Source of the DNA: Candidatus Cloacimonadales bacterium
Lineage (GTDB): Bacteria; Cloacimonadota; Cloacimonadia; Cloacimonadales; DAONDQ01
Assembly: GCA_963662275.1 (NCBI GenBank)
Contig: OY759316.1
Location: 2,656,001 to 2,720,000 of the forward strand
Reading direction: 5' to 3'
Length of the DNA stretch: 64,000 nucleotides
In this document: piece by piece, positions 1 to 9,268 of the stretch
How the letters are laid out: each line of letters opens with the position of its first letter
Position numbering within the stretch: the first letter of the stretch is position 1
Position numbers and translations under genes: made by a program
The notes under the pieces: generated by a model
What the model was told of the DNA's origin: nothing
Database searches by the model: none
The model's input: the letters and a program-made list of their open reading frames with translations, nothing else

Positions 1-2
1 TT

Positions 3-578
3 CAAATAATAGACTATATGACAAATCTCAATTACATAGATAATGAAAATAAGTATTACTATATTCTAACAAGATTCATTGAGATGTGCTTAAACAGCGA
101 GAAAACAAAACAAATGCTTTTATCAGTTTATATAGAGAAATCCCATAAAATTGATTATATGATGATAATAGATGATTGGTTAAAAATGCATGTTAATGAT
201 GACCAAAAAATAGTAGATAAATTCCGAGTTGTTTTAAAAGAGAATATCGTATTACAAAAAGATTGTTTACAAGTAAGTCCAAGTTACAAACAAATATTAT
301 GGATTGTTTTAGAAAATTATGAAGAAAAAGAAATGAAAAATCTTATAACTGAGCAAGTTGCAACAAACGAGGGATTGCTGGACTTATTATGGGGAGTTAG
401 TGATAAGGAGGCAAATGGTGTCATTGCAGAAATAAGTAAAGAGAAAATAGAAAAACTTCAGGATCCACAGATTATCTTAACTAGATTGGAAAACATAATA
501 AAAACTGATCTATTTGCCAGTCTGTCCACGGATAAAAAAACTGCAATTAATGATTTAATACACTATATTGAAACTTGA
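3..578 (+). CDS. C-terminal part of a hypothetical protein; 5' end lies outside the window
   Basis: The frame of ORF 18..578 stays open to the window edge. AT-rich, helical-looking protein with no diagnostic motif. Confidence 0.6.
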   Translation, partial: QIIDYMTNLNYIDNENKYYYILTRFIEMCLNSEKTKQMLLSVYIEKSHKIDYMMIIDDWLKMHVNDDQKIVDKFRVVLKENIVLQKDCLQVSPSYKQILWIVLENYEEKEMKNLITEQVATNEGLLDLLWGVSDKEANGVIAEISKEKIEKLQDPQIILTRLENIIKTDLFASLSTDKKTAINDLIHYIET

Positions 579-792
579 GAAAGAAATACTAGTTTGTGAC
601 CTCAAGAGCTATATAGTAAATAAAGCACAAACGAAGTAGGAAGCTAGCTAATTGAAAATTGGCAGGAAGTATATTTGCAATCCTTTTTCCTTGTATCGTG
701 ACTTTCGTGGTTACTATTCTTCTTCAGCTTCTCGTTGCAAAGAATGCAACGTATCCGCCGATAAGAAATCAGCGTTCCAAATCACTCTTCTG

Positions 793-2040
793 CTACAAGC
801 TATCAGCTTCTTCCTTCCACTCCAAAGCGATCTCCTTTCCTTTCTTTTCATTCACAAACTGGAGAAGGACTCCACCCACAAAGAAGAAAGCAATAAGTGA
901 TAATATTGACCAGCGCTGGGAACCGGTACGTAGGGCAATTTCACCATAGACAAGGGGACCGAAGATAGAGGAAAGTCTTCCGGTTACAGCATAGAAACCA
1001 AAGAATTCAGCCTGTTTATCTATTGGTGTGAGGAGAGCCAGTAATGTCCGGCTGTTAGCCTGGCTGGAGCCGATTGCGAGTCCGGCTGTCATACCCACAA
1101 AGTAGTATTCCAGTTTCGTCGAACAAAAGAAAGCCCAAATGACCACACCTGTCCAGATGAACAGGCTCAGTGTCAGGGCACGCTTGGCACCGATTCTATC
1201 CGTCAGCAGACCAAAAAGATAAGAACCGAGTATTGACGTAACCTGAGCCAGGATAAAATACTTGATGATTTCCTGCTGATTCATGCCAAATTGATTCACA
1301 CCGTAGATCGCAGCAAAGACGATCACAGTAATGATACCATCATTGTAAATCAAGTAGGCAACCAGGAATTTGCCTAGTTCCCTGAATTGAAAAAGATGAG
1401 TTATTGTAAATTTAATTCTCTGGTACGCAACCCTATAATAATTCGTCCTTTTAGAGGGTCGTTTAAACTCTTTCAGCCACATTAAGGTGAAGATGGCAAA
1501 CGATCCAAAGAAAAGAGCGACCGCCGGGAAAACATAGCGTATGTTCCATTTAACAATAAAAAGGGAAATGACCAGGGATAACAAACCACCTACATAGCCT
1601 AAAGCCCAGCCCATACCGGATACTTTTCCCATATTTTCATGGGAAGATATCTCGGGTAGAAAAGCATCATAGAAGACATTGGCACTATTGAACCCGAAAT
1701 TGGCAATGATAAAGAACAGCATACCGATGAATACATCTCCCCGCTGCACGAAATAAAGCAAAGCCGTGAATATCACAGCCAGGTAGCAATTCAGGAAGAG
1801 AAATCGTTTCTTTGCCCTGGAGAAATCAGCAACTGCACCAAAGATCGGGGCAGAGATTGCCACCAAAGCCATGGATATACTGATTGCTCTTCCCCATAGC
1901 GCTGTCCCCAGCTCCTGGTTATTAGGGACGACAACTTTCATAAAATAGGCACTGTAAATAACGGTTACAATGATTGTGGTAAAAGAGGAATTGGCAAAAT
2001 CATACATCATCCAGCCGACGAGATTGCGATTTAATTTCAC
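793..2040 (-). CDS. MFS transporter (UMF1/ATG22-like family)
   Basis: About 12 hydrophobic segments; W..YDFANS.F N-terminal motif, G..AD...K motif, AEFFGFY..TGR motif. GTG start overlaps the recF TGA stop. Confidence 0.9.
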   Translation of the reverse strand: MKLNRNLVGWMMYDFANSSFTTIIVTVIYSAYFMKVVVPNNQELGTALWGRAISISMALVAISAPIFGAVADFSRAKKRFLFLNCYLAVIFTALLYFVQRGDVFIGMLFFIIANFGFNSANVFYDAFLPEISSHENMGKVSGMGWALGYVGGLLSLVISLFIVKWNIRYVFPAVALFFGSFAIFTLMWLKEFKRPSKRTNYYRVAYQRIKFTITHLFQFRELGKFLVAYLIYNDGIITVIVFAAIYGVNQFGMNQQEIIKYFILAQVTSILGSYLFGLLTDRIGAKRALTLSLFIWTGVVIWAFFCSTKLEYYFVGMTAGLAIGSSQANSRTLLALLTPIDKQAEFFGFYAVTGRLSSIFGPLVYGEIALRTGSQRWSILSLIAFFFVGGVLLQFVNEKKGKEIALEWKEEADSL

Positions 2041-3266
2041 AGAGAAACTCCGGGTTCAGCAGGAACGGCGTCATACTCTACACAGACAGCAAGATCGGCG
2101 TCTTGCTCTACTACTTCAGCAGGAACGGCGTCATACTCTACACAGACAGCAAGATCGGCGTCTTGCTCTACTACTTCAGCAGGAACGGCGTCCTGCTCTA
2201 CAGGGACATCCATGTGAATAACTGGCAGCTTATAATCCTTGTATAAATCCAGGTTAGGTGTAGCAATAAACACCTGGTTCTTCGTTGACATCATGGAGAT
2301 GATCTGTTTTGTACGGATTGCATCCAAATCGGATAGTACATCATCAAAAATCAGGATGGGGTTTTCGTTTTCATGATTTTGGACAAGTTGAGCCTGGGTA
2401 AGTCTCATACATATCGCCAATGAGCGTTGTTGTCCCTGAGAGCCGTAATCACGAGCCTGGTGACCATTAATAAGAAAAAGAATATCATCCAAGTGTGGAC
2501 CGATCAATGATCTTTGGTAGGCAATTTCCTTCTGTCCACGCTGTTTCACATAAGCCAGGAAGTCTTCATGCACGGTGTCCGAATATTCATCAATTTCGGC
2601 AGCACAATACACGACATCGGTTGTCTCTTTGGCAGTACTGATTTTTGCGTAGTTCTCTTTGAACAAAGGTGTAAAAATAGACAGATAACGTTTTCGAGCT
2701 TCAACAACCATGACCCCGGCTTCCATGAATTTCTCATCCCATACTTTCTTGATTTGGGAATCAAAAGGAGTTTTCAGCATGGCATTCCGCTGTTGAAGGA
2801 TATGCAGGTAATTCCTGAGGATTTCAATATAGGAATAATCATATTGGGCAATTGCCTGGTCAAAGAAATGTCTCCGTAACCTCGGAGAACCGGATATGAC
2901 CATGATATCACCTGGTGAAAAGTAGATGATCTTCAAATAACGATACAGTTCGCTGAGTTTCTTTAAAGGTTCTTTATCCAAGAGGATGTTTTTCTTCCCC
3001 CCAGAGAAATTAACGCTGATTTGAAGAGGATTTTCACGGTATTGGAAGAATCCAGCCAAATGAAAAGCACTTTGGTTAAAACGCATGACTTCAGCATCGG
3101 GAGCAGATCGAATCGACTTCCCGTAAGCAGAATAGGCGATAGCTTCCAGTAAATTGGTTTTGCCAATACCGTTTTTCCCTGTAATTAATGCACCTTCCGG
3201 TGCGAAAGTCATATCGCAGTCTGCAAAGTTACGAAAGTTCTGCAGATGAATGCGATTTATATACAA
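2037..3266 (-). CDS. recF: DNA replication/repair protein RecF with a repetitive C-terminal extension
   Basis: NFRN, Walker A GKNGIGKTNLLEAI, GPHLDD, GSQGQQRS and PILIFDDVLSDLD motifs; directly downstream of dnaN. Confidence 0.97.
   Translation of the reverse strand: MYINRIHLQNFRNFADCDMTFAPEGALITGKNGIGKTNLLEAIAYSAYGKSIRSAPDAEVMRFNQSAFHLAGFFQYRENPLQISVNFSGGKKNILLDKEPLKKLSELYRYLKIIYFSPGDIMVISGSPRLRRHFFDQAIAQYDYSYIEILRNYLHILQQRNAMLKTPFDSQIKKVWDEKFMEAGVMVVEARKRYLSIFTPLFKENYAKISTAKETTDVVYCAAEIDEYSDTVHEDFLAYVKQRGQKEIAYQRSLIGPHLDDILFLINGHQARDYGSQGQQRSLAICMRLTQAQLVQNHENENPILIFDDVLSDLDAIRTKQIISMMSTKNQVFIATPNLDLYKDYKLPVIHMDVPVEQDAVPAEVVEQDADLAVCVEYDAVPAEVVEQDADLAVCVEYDAVPAEPGVSL
2055..2201 (-). repeat. 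Five tandem 30-bp GTAG-hairpin (REP-like) units inside the recF 3' end, with a 60-bp higher-order period
   Basis: Minus strand reads GTAG-AGCAGGA-CGCCGT-TCCTGCT-gaagta, GTAG-AGCAAGA-CGCCGA-TCTTGCT-gtctgt, GTAG-AGTATGA-CGCCGT-TCCTGCT-gaagta, then the last two units again. Confidence 0.92.
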
Positions 3267-4385
3267 TTACGGCAACCGAAGAGGCATAATCAAAAAACGG
3301 GCATGTGTATTTTCAGGATCAGTTTCATTGAAGAATTGAACCGGATCCTTTGACTTGGCAAAAACGATCTTTACTTTTTCAGTATCGATTGCATCCAGGA
3401 CAGAATTGAGATATTTATAGTTGAAAGCAATGCTGATATCTTCTCCTGAAAATTCATAATCTGCAAGCTGTTCCTTCGCTTCTCCCCGTTCCCGATTCAA
3501 AGTGGAAATATCCGTATTCGCTGCAGAAATATCGAACCTGACACGCAAGCTATCTTCAGGAGCCATTAAACCGACACGACGAACAGCCGTTTTTAAAAGG
3601 TCACGATTAAATAACAAAGTGGTATTGATTTCCTTCGGGAATACCTGCTTGTAATCAGGATATTTTCCTTCAATAACATGGGTGAATATCGTATAATTCT
3701 TATAATTGAACATCACTCTTGATTCTTCCAGGACTATTTTCAGTATTGGTTCATCATCACGGATAATGCGCATCAGGAAAACAAGACCTTTCACAGGCAG
3801 GATTTGTTCAATGGGCTGCATAACAGATGTAGGCTGATCGATTGTATATTCTGCGATCTTCTTGCCATCGGTAGATACCATGACTTGTGAATCAGGGCTG
3901 ATCTTCCAATAGATACCTGTGAAAATTGGTCGATTCGTATCTGGAGAAACTGCAAAAATAGTTTTGTTGATCATCTTCCCTAAATCTTGAGCATTGAGCT
4001 GAATCGCTTTTTCCAAGTCTTTTTCCGGGATTAGCGGATATTGACCTGCATCTGCGCATAACAAGGTATAGTCATTTTTCAGGCAGCGTATTAACAGGTT
4101 ATCTTCATCTTTCACAATATTGATGATGGCATCGGGTAGAAAATGGACAATTTCATTAAATGGATGTGCAAGAACTGCTGTTTTGCCACCTTCGAGCACT
4201 GTAGCTGGAAAACTGACAACAACGGTGATCTCCAAATCTGTAGCAGTAAAACTGATTGTATTTGTTGTTTGATCAGCTTCTATCAGGTAGTTCATTAAAA
4301 TAGGCATAGTGCTTTTACCGGGAACGATACTCGACAGATTCTGAATCTGGTCCATCAAATCCTTACGTTCAATTGAAAACTTCAT
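3267..4385 (-). CDS. dnaN: DNA polymerase III beta sliding clamp
   Basis: ATDLE, V.TDG, IEGKYPDY, I.FNYKYL..VL and C-terminal LIMPLRL motifs; ATG at 4385 follows an AGAGGTG RBS. Confidence 0.97.
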   Translation of the reverse strand: MKFSIERKDLMDQIQNLSSIVPGKSTMPILMNYLIEADQTTNTISFTATDLEITVVVSFPATVLEGGKTAVLAHPFNEIVHFLPDAIINIVKDEDNLLIRCLKNDYTLLCADAGQYPLIPEKDLEKAIQLNAQDLGKMINKTIFAVSPDTNRPIFTGIYWKISPDSQVMVSTDGKKIAEYTIDQPTSVMQPIEQILPVKGLVFLMRIIRDDEPILKIVLEESRVMFNYKNYTIFTHVIEGKYPDYKQVFPKEINTTLLFNRDLLKTAVRRVGLMAPEDSLRVRFDISAANTDISTLNRERGEAKEQLADYEFSGEDISIAFNYKYLNSVLDAIDTEKVKIVFAKSKDPVQFFNETDPENTHARFLIMPLRLP

Positions 4386-4476
4386 GATCACCTCTATATT
4401 TTATCATTATTGGATATTATGCTTCGATATTTTTTAAAGTTTGTTTGAAGTCAACGAAATTTTTAAACTAAAGTAC

Positions 4477-4507
4477 AAAAAGAAAAGCAAGGGGTTTGCC
4501 CTTGCTT
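4477..4507 (-). terminator. Probable intrinsic terminator after the HU gene
   Basis: AAGCAAGGG-gtttg-CCCTTGCTT hairpin followed by a U-rich tract on the minus strand. Confidence 0.6.
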
Positions 4508-4524
4508 CTCTTATTGATGAAAGC

Positions 4525-4797
4525 TTATTTCACAGCTTCTCTGAGTTTTTTTCCGGGTTTGAAAACAGGAACTTTTCTTGCTTTGATCTGAATTTTCTTT
4601 CCTGTTTGAGGATTTACACCAGTACGAGCTTTACGTGCACTCACACCAAATGTTCCAAACCCAACCAAAGAAACCTTTTCACCTTTTTGCAGTGATGCCA
4701 TAACGCCAGAAAGAATAGCGTTCAATGCAATTCCTGCAGCCTTTTTCGAAATCGTTGCTTCACCAGCCATTTTGGTAATTAAATCTTCTCTGCTCAT
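4525..4797 (-). CDS. hup: Histone-like DNA-binding protein HU
   Basis: GFGTF, R.ARTGVNPQTG and P.FKPGK.LREAV motifs; strong AAGGAGG RBS. Confidence 0.96.
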   Translation of the reverse strand: MSREDLITKMAGEATISKKAAGIALNAILSGVMASLQKGEKVSLVGFGTFGVSARKARTGVNPQTGKKIQIKARKVPVFKPGKKLREAVK

Positions 4798-5191
4798 GTT
4801 TCCTCCTTGCTGTTTTGATGGACATTAAATACATTTTATAGATGCTGATAAACAAAATATCTTGTCAATAAAAATTTTAAATATTTCTTTTTTTTTAGCG
4901 ATAATTCTAATTCTATTCGGATGCGAAGGAATGTGTAAATCGGTATCTTCTTATTTAACAATATAATACAGCGCTAGATGCGGATTATCTTTTTTTTGCA
5001 CTTTTCGTAGATATTTATCAACATCAATCAATCTGAATTTGTCTTATACTCGACTTTTAGACCAAATAATGAATGTAATAAATTTGGAATTTAGCGAATT
5101 TCTTTACTAAATTGTTTATAATTATATAAATTTATTTCAAATTTCATTGACTGTTTCTGTTTAATTATTTCACTGATTATAGGGTGGAAAT

Positions 5192-6109
5192 ATGAAAAAA
5201 ATCTATGCTGCTTTTGATTTAGGCGGTTCGTTCCTGAAATATGGTATGGGAAGCGCTGAATCATTAATTCAATATGATTCTCGACTTGCTGTTGAATCTT
5301 CACAGATCAATTACCTTTATTCTCTTTTTACAAAAGCTTTTCATGATCTAAAAGACCATTTGCAAAACGATGAAATCCTAGCAGGTGCTTGTATCGGTAG
5401 TCCCGGAATGGTGAACTCAAAAACCGGTAGAATCGAGGGTATTAATCCGAACTTGCCTGAATGGACGGGAGCAAACCCGGTTTCAGCACTAGAGCCATTA
5501 TGGCAGGTGCCTATCCTCATTGATAATGATGCAAACTTGATGACTTATGGTGAAGGTTCTGCTTATGCGAAAGAGGATTCAATTCTCGGAATCACAATCG
5601 GAACCGGCATTGGGAGCGGATATGTAAATCAACATGGTATTTTTCACGGTTCCACATACGCAGCCTTGGAAGTAGGTCATACTATTGTCATTCAAGATGG
5701 ACGATTATGTAATTGCGGAAAAAATGGCTGCGTCGAAGCGTATAGCTCCGCTAATTCCATCGTAAGAATTGTATCTGATTTGATACCGTCACTTCGTGGA
5801 GCAAACATCAAAGAAATCCTGGATACAGCTTTGATTGATGATACAGTAAAAACACATGTCGAATTTCTTTTATCCCTATTAGCCATTGCAATCGCCAATG
5901 CTGTTACTATTTTAAATCCCAATATAGTAGTTATTGGTGGTGGTGTGGTTGATATTAATTCCTTTCCATTTTCTTATGTAGAAAAAAAGATTCTTGGATA
6001 TCTTATGGTCGATCATCGAAGTAATCTTCTCATAAATGAGGCTAAATATGGGAATAAGGCTGCTATTTTGGGAGGCATCATCTTGTCTGAGAAATATAAC
6101 TCCTTTTAA
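5192..6109 (+). CDS. ROK family sugar kinase (glucokinase-like)
   Basis: DLGGS, IDNDAN, GTGIGSG and EVGH...C.CG..GC.E motifs. Confidence 0.92.
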   Translation: MKKIYAAFDLGGSFLKYGMGSAESLIQYDSRLAVESSQINYLYSLFTKAFHDLKDHLQNDEILAGACIGSPGMVNSKTGRIEGINPNLPEWTGANPVSALEPLWQVPILIDNDANLMTYGEGSAYAKEDSILGITIGTGIGSGYVNQHGIFHGSTYAALEVGHTIVIQDGRLCNCGKNGCVEAYSSANSIVRIVSDLIPSLRGANIKEILDTALIDDTVKTHVEFLLSLLAIAIANAVTILNPNIVVIGGGVVDINSFPFSYVEKKILGYLMVDHRSNLLINEAKYGNKAAILGGIILSEKYNSF

Positions 6110-6122
6110 AAGAAATATAATG

Positions 6123-6151
6123 TTGACAAATTTATAAAGTTTAGTTAAATT
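6123..6151 (+). promoter_or_regulatory. Putative sigma70-type promoter
   Basis: TTGACA, 17-bp spacer, TAAATT, upstream of the GAGGAGG RBS at 6211. Confidence 0.5.
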
Positions 6152-6222
6152 GTTTAGTGATTGATGAGAGTTTAGGAATAGCTTTTGCATGTTCTAAATT
6201 ATGTTCTGTTGAGGAGGATATA

Positions 6223-6591
6223 ATGAAAAAAATGCTTTTGATTTCACTGTTGGTGATAGCGTTATCATCCATGTTTATTATATTAAACGCATACGATACT
6301 GGTAATACTGATACTAATTGTAATTTTTCCATGTATCCAAATCCCATGGAAACAGTAGGGACAGTATGTGCATATTTTACTGAGAGAATGCCTATTTCAA
6401 TCAGTTTGCTCGATAACAATGATGAGATTGTCAAGACGATATACAGTGGAAGCTCTATCAGAGGTCAAATGCTGATTCCATTTGATCGTATCGATAGCAA
6501 AGGGAATACTCTCCCTAATGGAAAATACTGGGTATCGTTAAGTACAAATGCCAAATATACTTCTACGAAAAAGCTTCTGATTCTGAAGTAA
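6223..6591 (+). CDS. Small exported protein made of a FlgD-Ig/T9SS-type C-terminal sorting domain only
   Basis: Signal peptide MKKMLLISLLVIALSS; YPNP, D..G..LPNG.Y and terminal KKLLILK motifs; ATG at 6223 after GAGGAGG. Confidence 0.75.
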   Translation: MKKMLLISLLVIALSSMFIILNAYDTGNTDTNCNFSMYPNPMETVGTVCAYFTERMPISISLLDNNDEIVKTIYSGSSIRGQMLIPFDRIDSKGNTLPNGKYWVSLSTNAKYTSTKKLLILK

Positions 6592-6635
6592 CTAAAAAAG
6601 CCACATCTAGGAAATTTTGAATAAACCACAATTCT

Positions 6636-7466
6636 GTGGTTTATTCTGTTTATGGGAGAATTGTCATTATTAACGCAATATCTTCACTATTAGCCAACTG
6701 GGAAATACAAATCCGACAATCTCTGAGCGAGGTTGTTGATTTTTATCTATTTGTTTTAGAGACCTTCAAACAAATCATTAATTTTTTTCAACAAAAGCAA
6801 ATCGGCTTTATTGTTGTTTTTCGCCAAATCATGTTCACAGGTTATGAAGCTCTTGGTCTTATCAGTTTTATTGCACTCTCCATCGGGGGATTGATCATCC
6901 TTGAAGGAAATTATATCTTAGGAAATTTTGGTGGTAATAAACTAATATACGTCCTTCTTGTCACTGTCGTTGTCAGGGAATTAAGCAGTATTTTAACGGC
7001 GTTGATCGTAATCGCCAGATCAGGTACAGCCATTGCTACTGAACTCGGGAATATGGTTGTCAATCATGAAATTGATGCCTTGTTGGCAATTGGAATATCA
7101 CCTATTTCCTATCTTGTCGTATCCCGCCTCATTGGAGTCGTGATAGCAACGTTTACACTAACTATCTATTTCAATTTATCTGCCATCATCGGTGGTTGGT
7201 TATTTTCAACCATTTTCTATCCTGTAAACTTTATGGACTTCTTTGGTGAGTTCATTGGATACCTTCAACCTGCTGATTTAGTCATCTGTGTTATTAAATC
7301 CATCGTTTTTGGACTCGCTATTGCCTTGAATTCCAGTTACCAAGGTTTACGAGTTCACAATGCCACAACGGAAGTTCCCCAGAGAACCATCCAGGCAGTT
7401 GTAAAATCAATTGTAGCAGTTATCTTTTTTGATATTTTAATAACAGCCTTGCTATATCTGATTTAA
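6636..7466 (+). CDS. mlaE: MlaE-family ABC permease (start codon uncertain)
   Basis: RELSSILTALIVIARSGTAIATELG.M...EIDAL..IGI.PI.YLV..R motif. Confidence 0.9.
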   Translation: MVYSVYGRIVIINAISSLLANWEIQIRQSLSEVVDFYLFVLETFKQIINFFQQKQIGFIVVFRQIMFTGYEALGLISFIALSIGGLIILEGNYILGNFGGNKLIYVLLVTVVVRELSSILTALIVIARSGTAIATELGNMVVNHEIDALLAIGISPISYLVVSRLIGVVIATFTLTIYFNLSAIIGGWLFSTIFYPVNFMDFFGEFIGYLQPADLVICVIKSIVFGLAIALNSSYQGLRVHNATTEVPQRTIQAVVKSIVAVIFFDILITALLYLI

Positions 7467-7468
7467 TT

Positions 7469-8152
7469 ATGCCTATTATTACAATAGAAAACATTATCTT
7501 TAAAACCGCTGAGAAGACACTCTTATCAGATATTTCATTAACAATATCTGAAAATGAAACACTGATCTTTTCAGGTACTGGTGAATCAGGGAGAAGTTTA
7601 CTTCTAGAGATTATCGCAGGTATTCTACCACCAACCAGTGGAAGAATACTTTATGATAATATTGATATCTATGAAGCTAAACCCGAAGTGATAAAGAAAT
7701 GGAAACAACAGATAGGTTTTTCTTTTCAGTATGAAGGTTTGTTATCAAATCTGACGGTGGAAGAGAATATACTTCTTCCTATACAATTCTTTGATTCTGA
7801 TGCGATTGAATCATATTATCCAAGGATTAACGAGTTACTTGATTTCTTTGCAATTCAAGATTCCTGGCTAAAACGCCCTGCTGAATTATCAATGCAAAAG
7901 AAAAAAATTCTTGCCTTTATTCGTGCTATTATCATGAATCCTCATATGTTATTTGTTGATGACCCTTATTTCAGCTTGGATCAGTTTTATCAGAATCAGG
8001 TATTGACATGTTTGAAAAAACTTAAGGAAGCTGGATCGACACTTGTCATCATCACGAATGCAAGAGATCTTATCCATCAAATTGCTGATAGGATTTTGTA
8101 TTTCCGGGATGGAAAAATTGAGCGTGAAATTTTCCGTGCTGACTGTGAATAA
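7469..8152 (+). CDS. MlaF-like ABC ATP-binding subunit with degenerate catalytic motifs
   Basis: ABC fold (G...PTSG.I, FQ..GL...LTV.EN), but Walker A is GESGRS, signature LSMQK, Walker B FVDDP and H-loop ITN. Confidence 0.85.
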   Translation: MPIITIENIIFKTAEKTLLSDISLTISENETLIFSGTGESGRSLLLEIIAGILPPTSGRILYDNIDIYEAKPEVIKKWKQQIGFSFQYEGLLSNLTVEENILLPIQFFDSDAIESYYPRINELLDFFAIQDSWLKRPAELSMQKKKILAFIRAIIMNPHMLFVDDPYFSLDQFYQNQVLTCLKKLKEAGSTLVIITNARDLIHQIADRILYFRDGKIEREIFRADCE

Positions 8153-8203
8153 AAGCTGATCAGACAATGATAGCATTACTTACAAGAAACCAGGAGATTA
8201 TGC

Positions 8204-9268
8204 ATGAATTTTAAATTCAGACATACAGATAAAATCGTTGGATTATTTGTCCTAATCGCATTGGTTGCTCTCATATTGTCTTTTAGCGCGATTATGATCA
8301 AGCAGAAGTTTTTTGTAAAAAAATACGTATTTCATACAAGATTCATTGATGCTATTGGATTATCAAATAGTACAATATTGAGTTTTAGAGGTTTTGAAAT
8401 TGGAAAAATCAAGCAATTCAGTTTGAATAAAAACAATTATATTGATGCTGATTTCGTCATCTATGAAAAATATATGGATAAAATGCTGGAATTTTCAGCT
8501 ATAAGTAAGGCTGTTAATCCGGTTACCAGTAAATCTTCTCTTGAATTCCTCCAAGGTCCCAATCCTGGAAAACGATTGCATGAAGGCAGTTTTATTCCTT
8601 CCTTAGATACCCCAGAAGGAAATGTTCTGCTTTTTTCCGGCAAAGTCAAAAAAAGCGGGGATGTGGTATCTTCTATATTATCCAGTATAGACAATATGTT
8701 GTTGAACCTGACCCAGGATAACAATCCTGATAAGGGAGCGCTTTTTCGAATGCTTTACAATCTTGCTAATGCCACAGGGAATATGAATGCTAGTTTGATG
8801 GAGTTGAATACTCTAATGGCGAATCTTCACAAGGATAATAATCCCGAAGATGGTGCTTTATTCAGAGCAATAGCGAACTTGGCAGACTTAACAGAAGATT
8901 TCCAGCAAACAAATGCAAAAGTCAATCAATTACTATCCTCAACTAACGAATTAACCGATGCTTACAAAGATCCAAATGGTCTGGCATTGAAGCTCCTCGA
9001 TCCAACTGGTAAGAATTTTATAGAGCCTATGCACGAATCTATTCTGAAAATCAACACTAACTTGAACGAAATCAATAAAATACTGCTCTATCTAAACTCC
9101 CAAACTCCAATCATGTCATCGATACTAATCCAAGGGGATCAGACTCTCAGGTCATCTCAAAAAGCGATTGAGGGAATTAATAATAACCCTCTCATTCGAA
9201 GCGGAATATCAAAAGACAAACCATTAGCACCGAATTCTCAGAACACTAGACCTACGGATGTGAAATAA
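8204..9268 (+). CDS. MlaD/MCE domain protein
   Basis: N-terminal TM (VGLFVL), F.DA.GL....L.FRG..IG.I MCE motif and a long helical C-terminal region. Confidence 0.9.
   Translation: MNFKFRHTDKIVGLFVLIALVALILSFSAIMIKQKFFVKKYVFHTRFIDAIGLSNSTILSFRGFEIGKIKQFSLNKNNYIDADFVIYEKYMDKMLEFSAISKAVNPVTSKSSLEFLQGPNPGKRLHEGSFIPSLDTPEGNVLLFSGKVKKSGDVVSSILSSIDNMLLNLTQDNNPDKGALFRMLYNLANATGNMNASLMELNTLMANLHKDNNPEDGALFRAIANLADLTEDFQQTNAKVNQLLSSTNELTDAYKDPNGLALKLLDPTGKNFIEPMHESILKINTNLNEINKILLYLNSQTPIMSSILIQGDQTLRSSQKAIEGINNNPLIRSGISKDKPLAPNSQNTRPTDVK

Noticed and set aside
2055..2201. recF-internal repeat as a CRISPR array
   Set aside because: The units are contiguous 30-bp tandem copies with no unique spacers, and no cas genes are present.
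4800..5190. oriC next to dnaN
   Set aside because: AT-rich, but I see only one imperfect DnaA box (TTATCAACA near 5015) and no dnaA. It is explained as a divergent promoter region.
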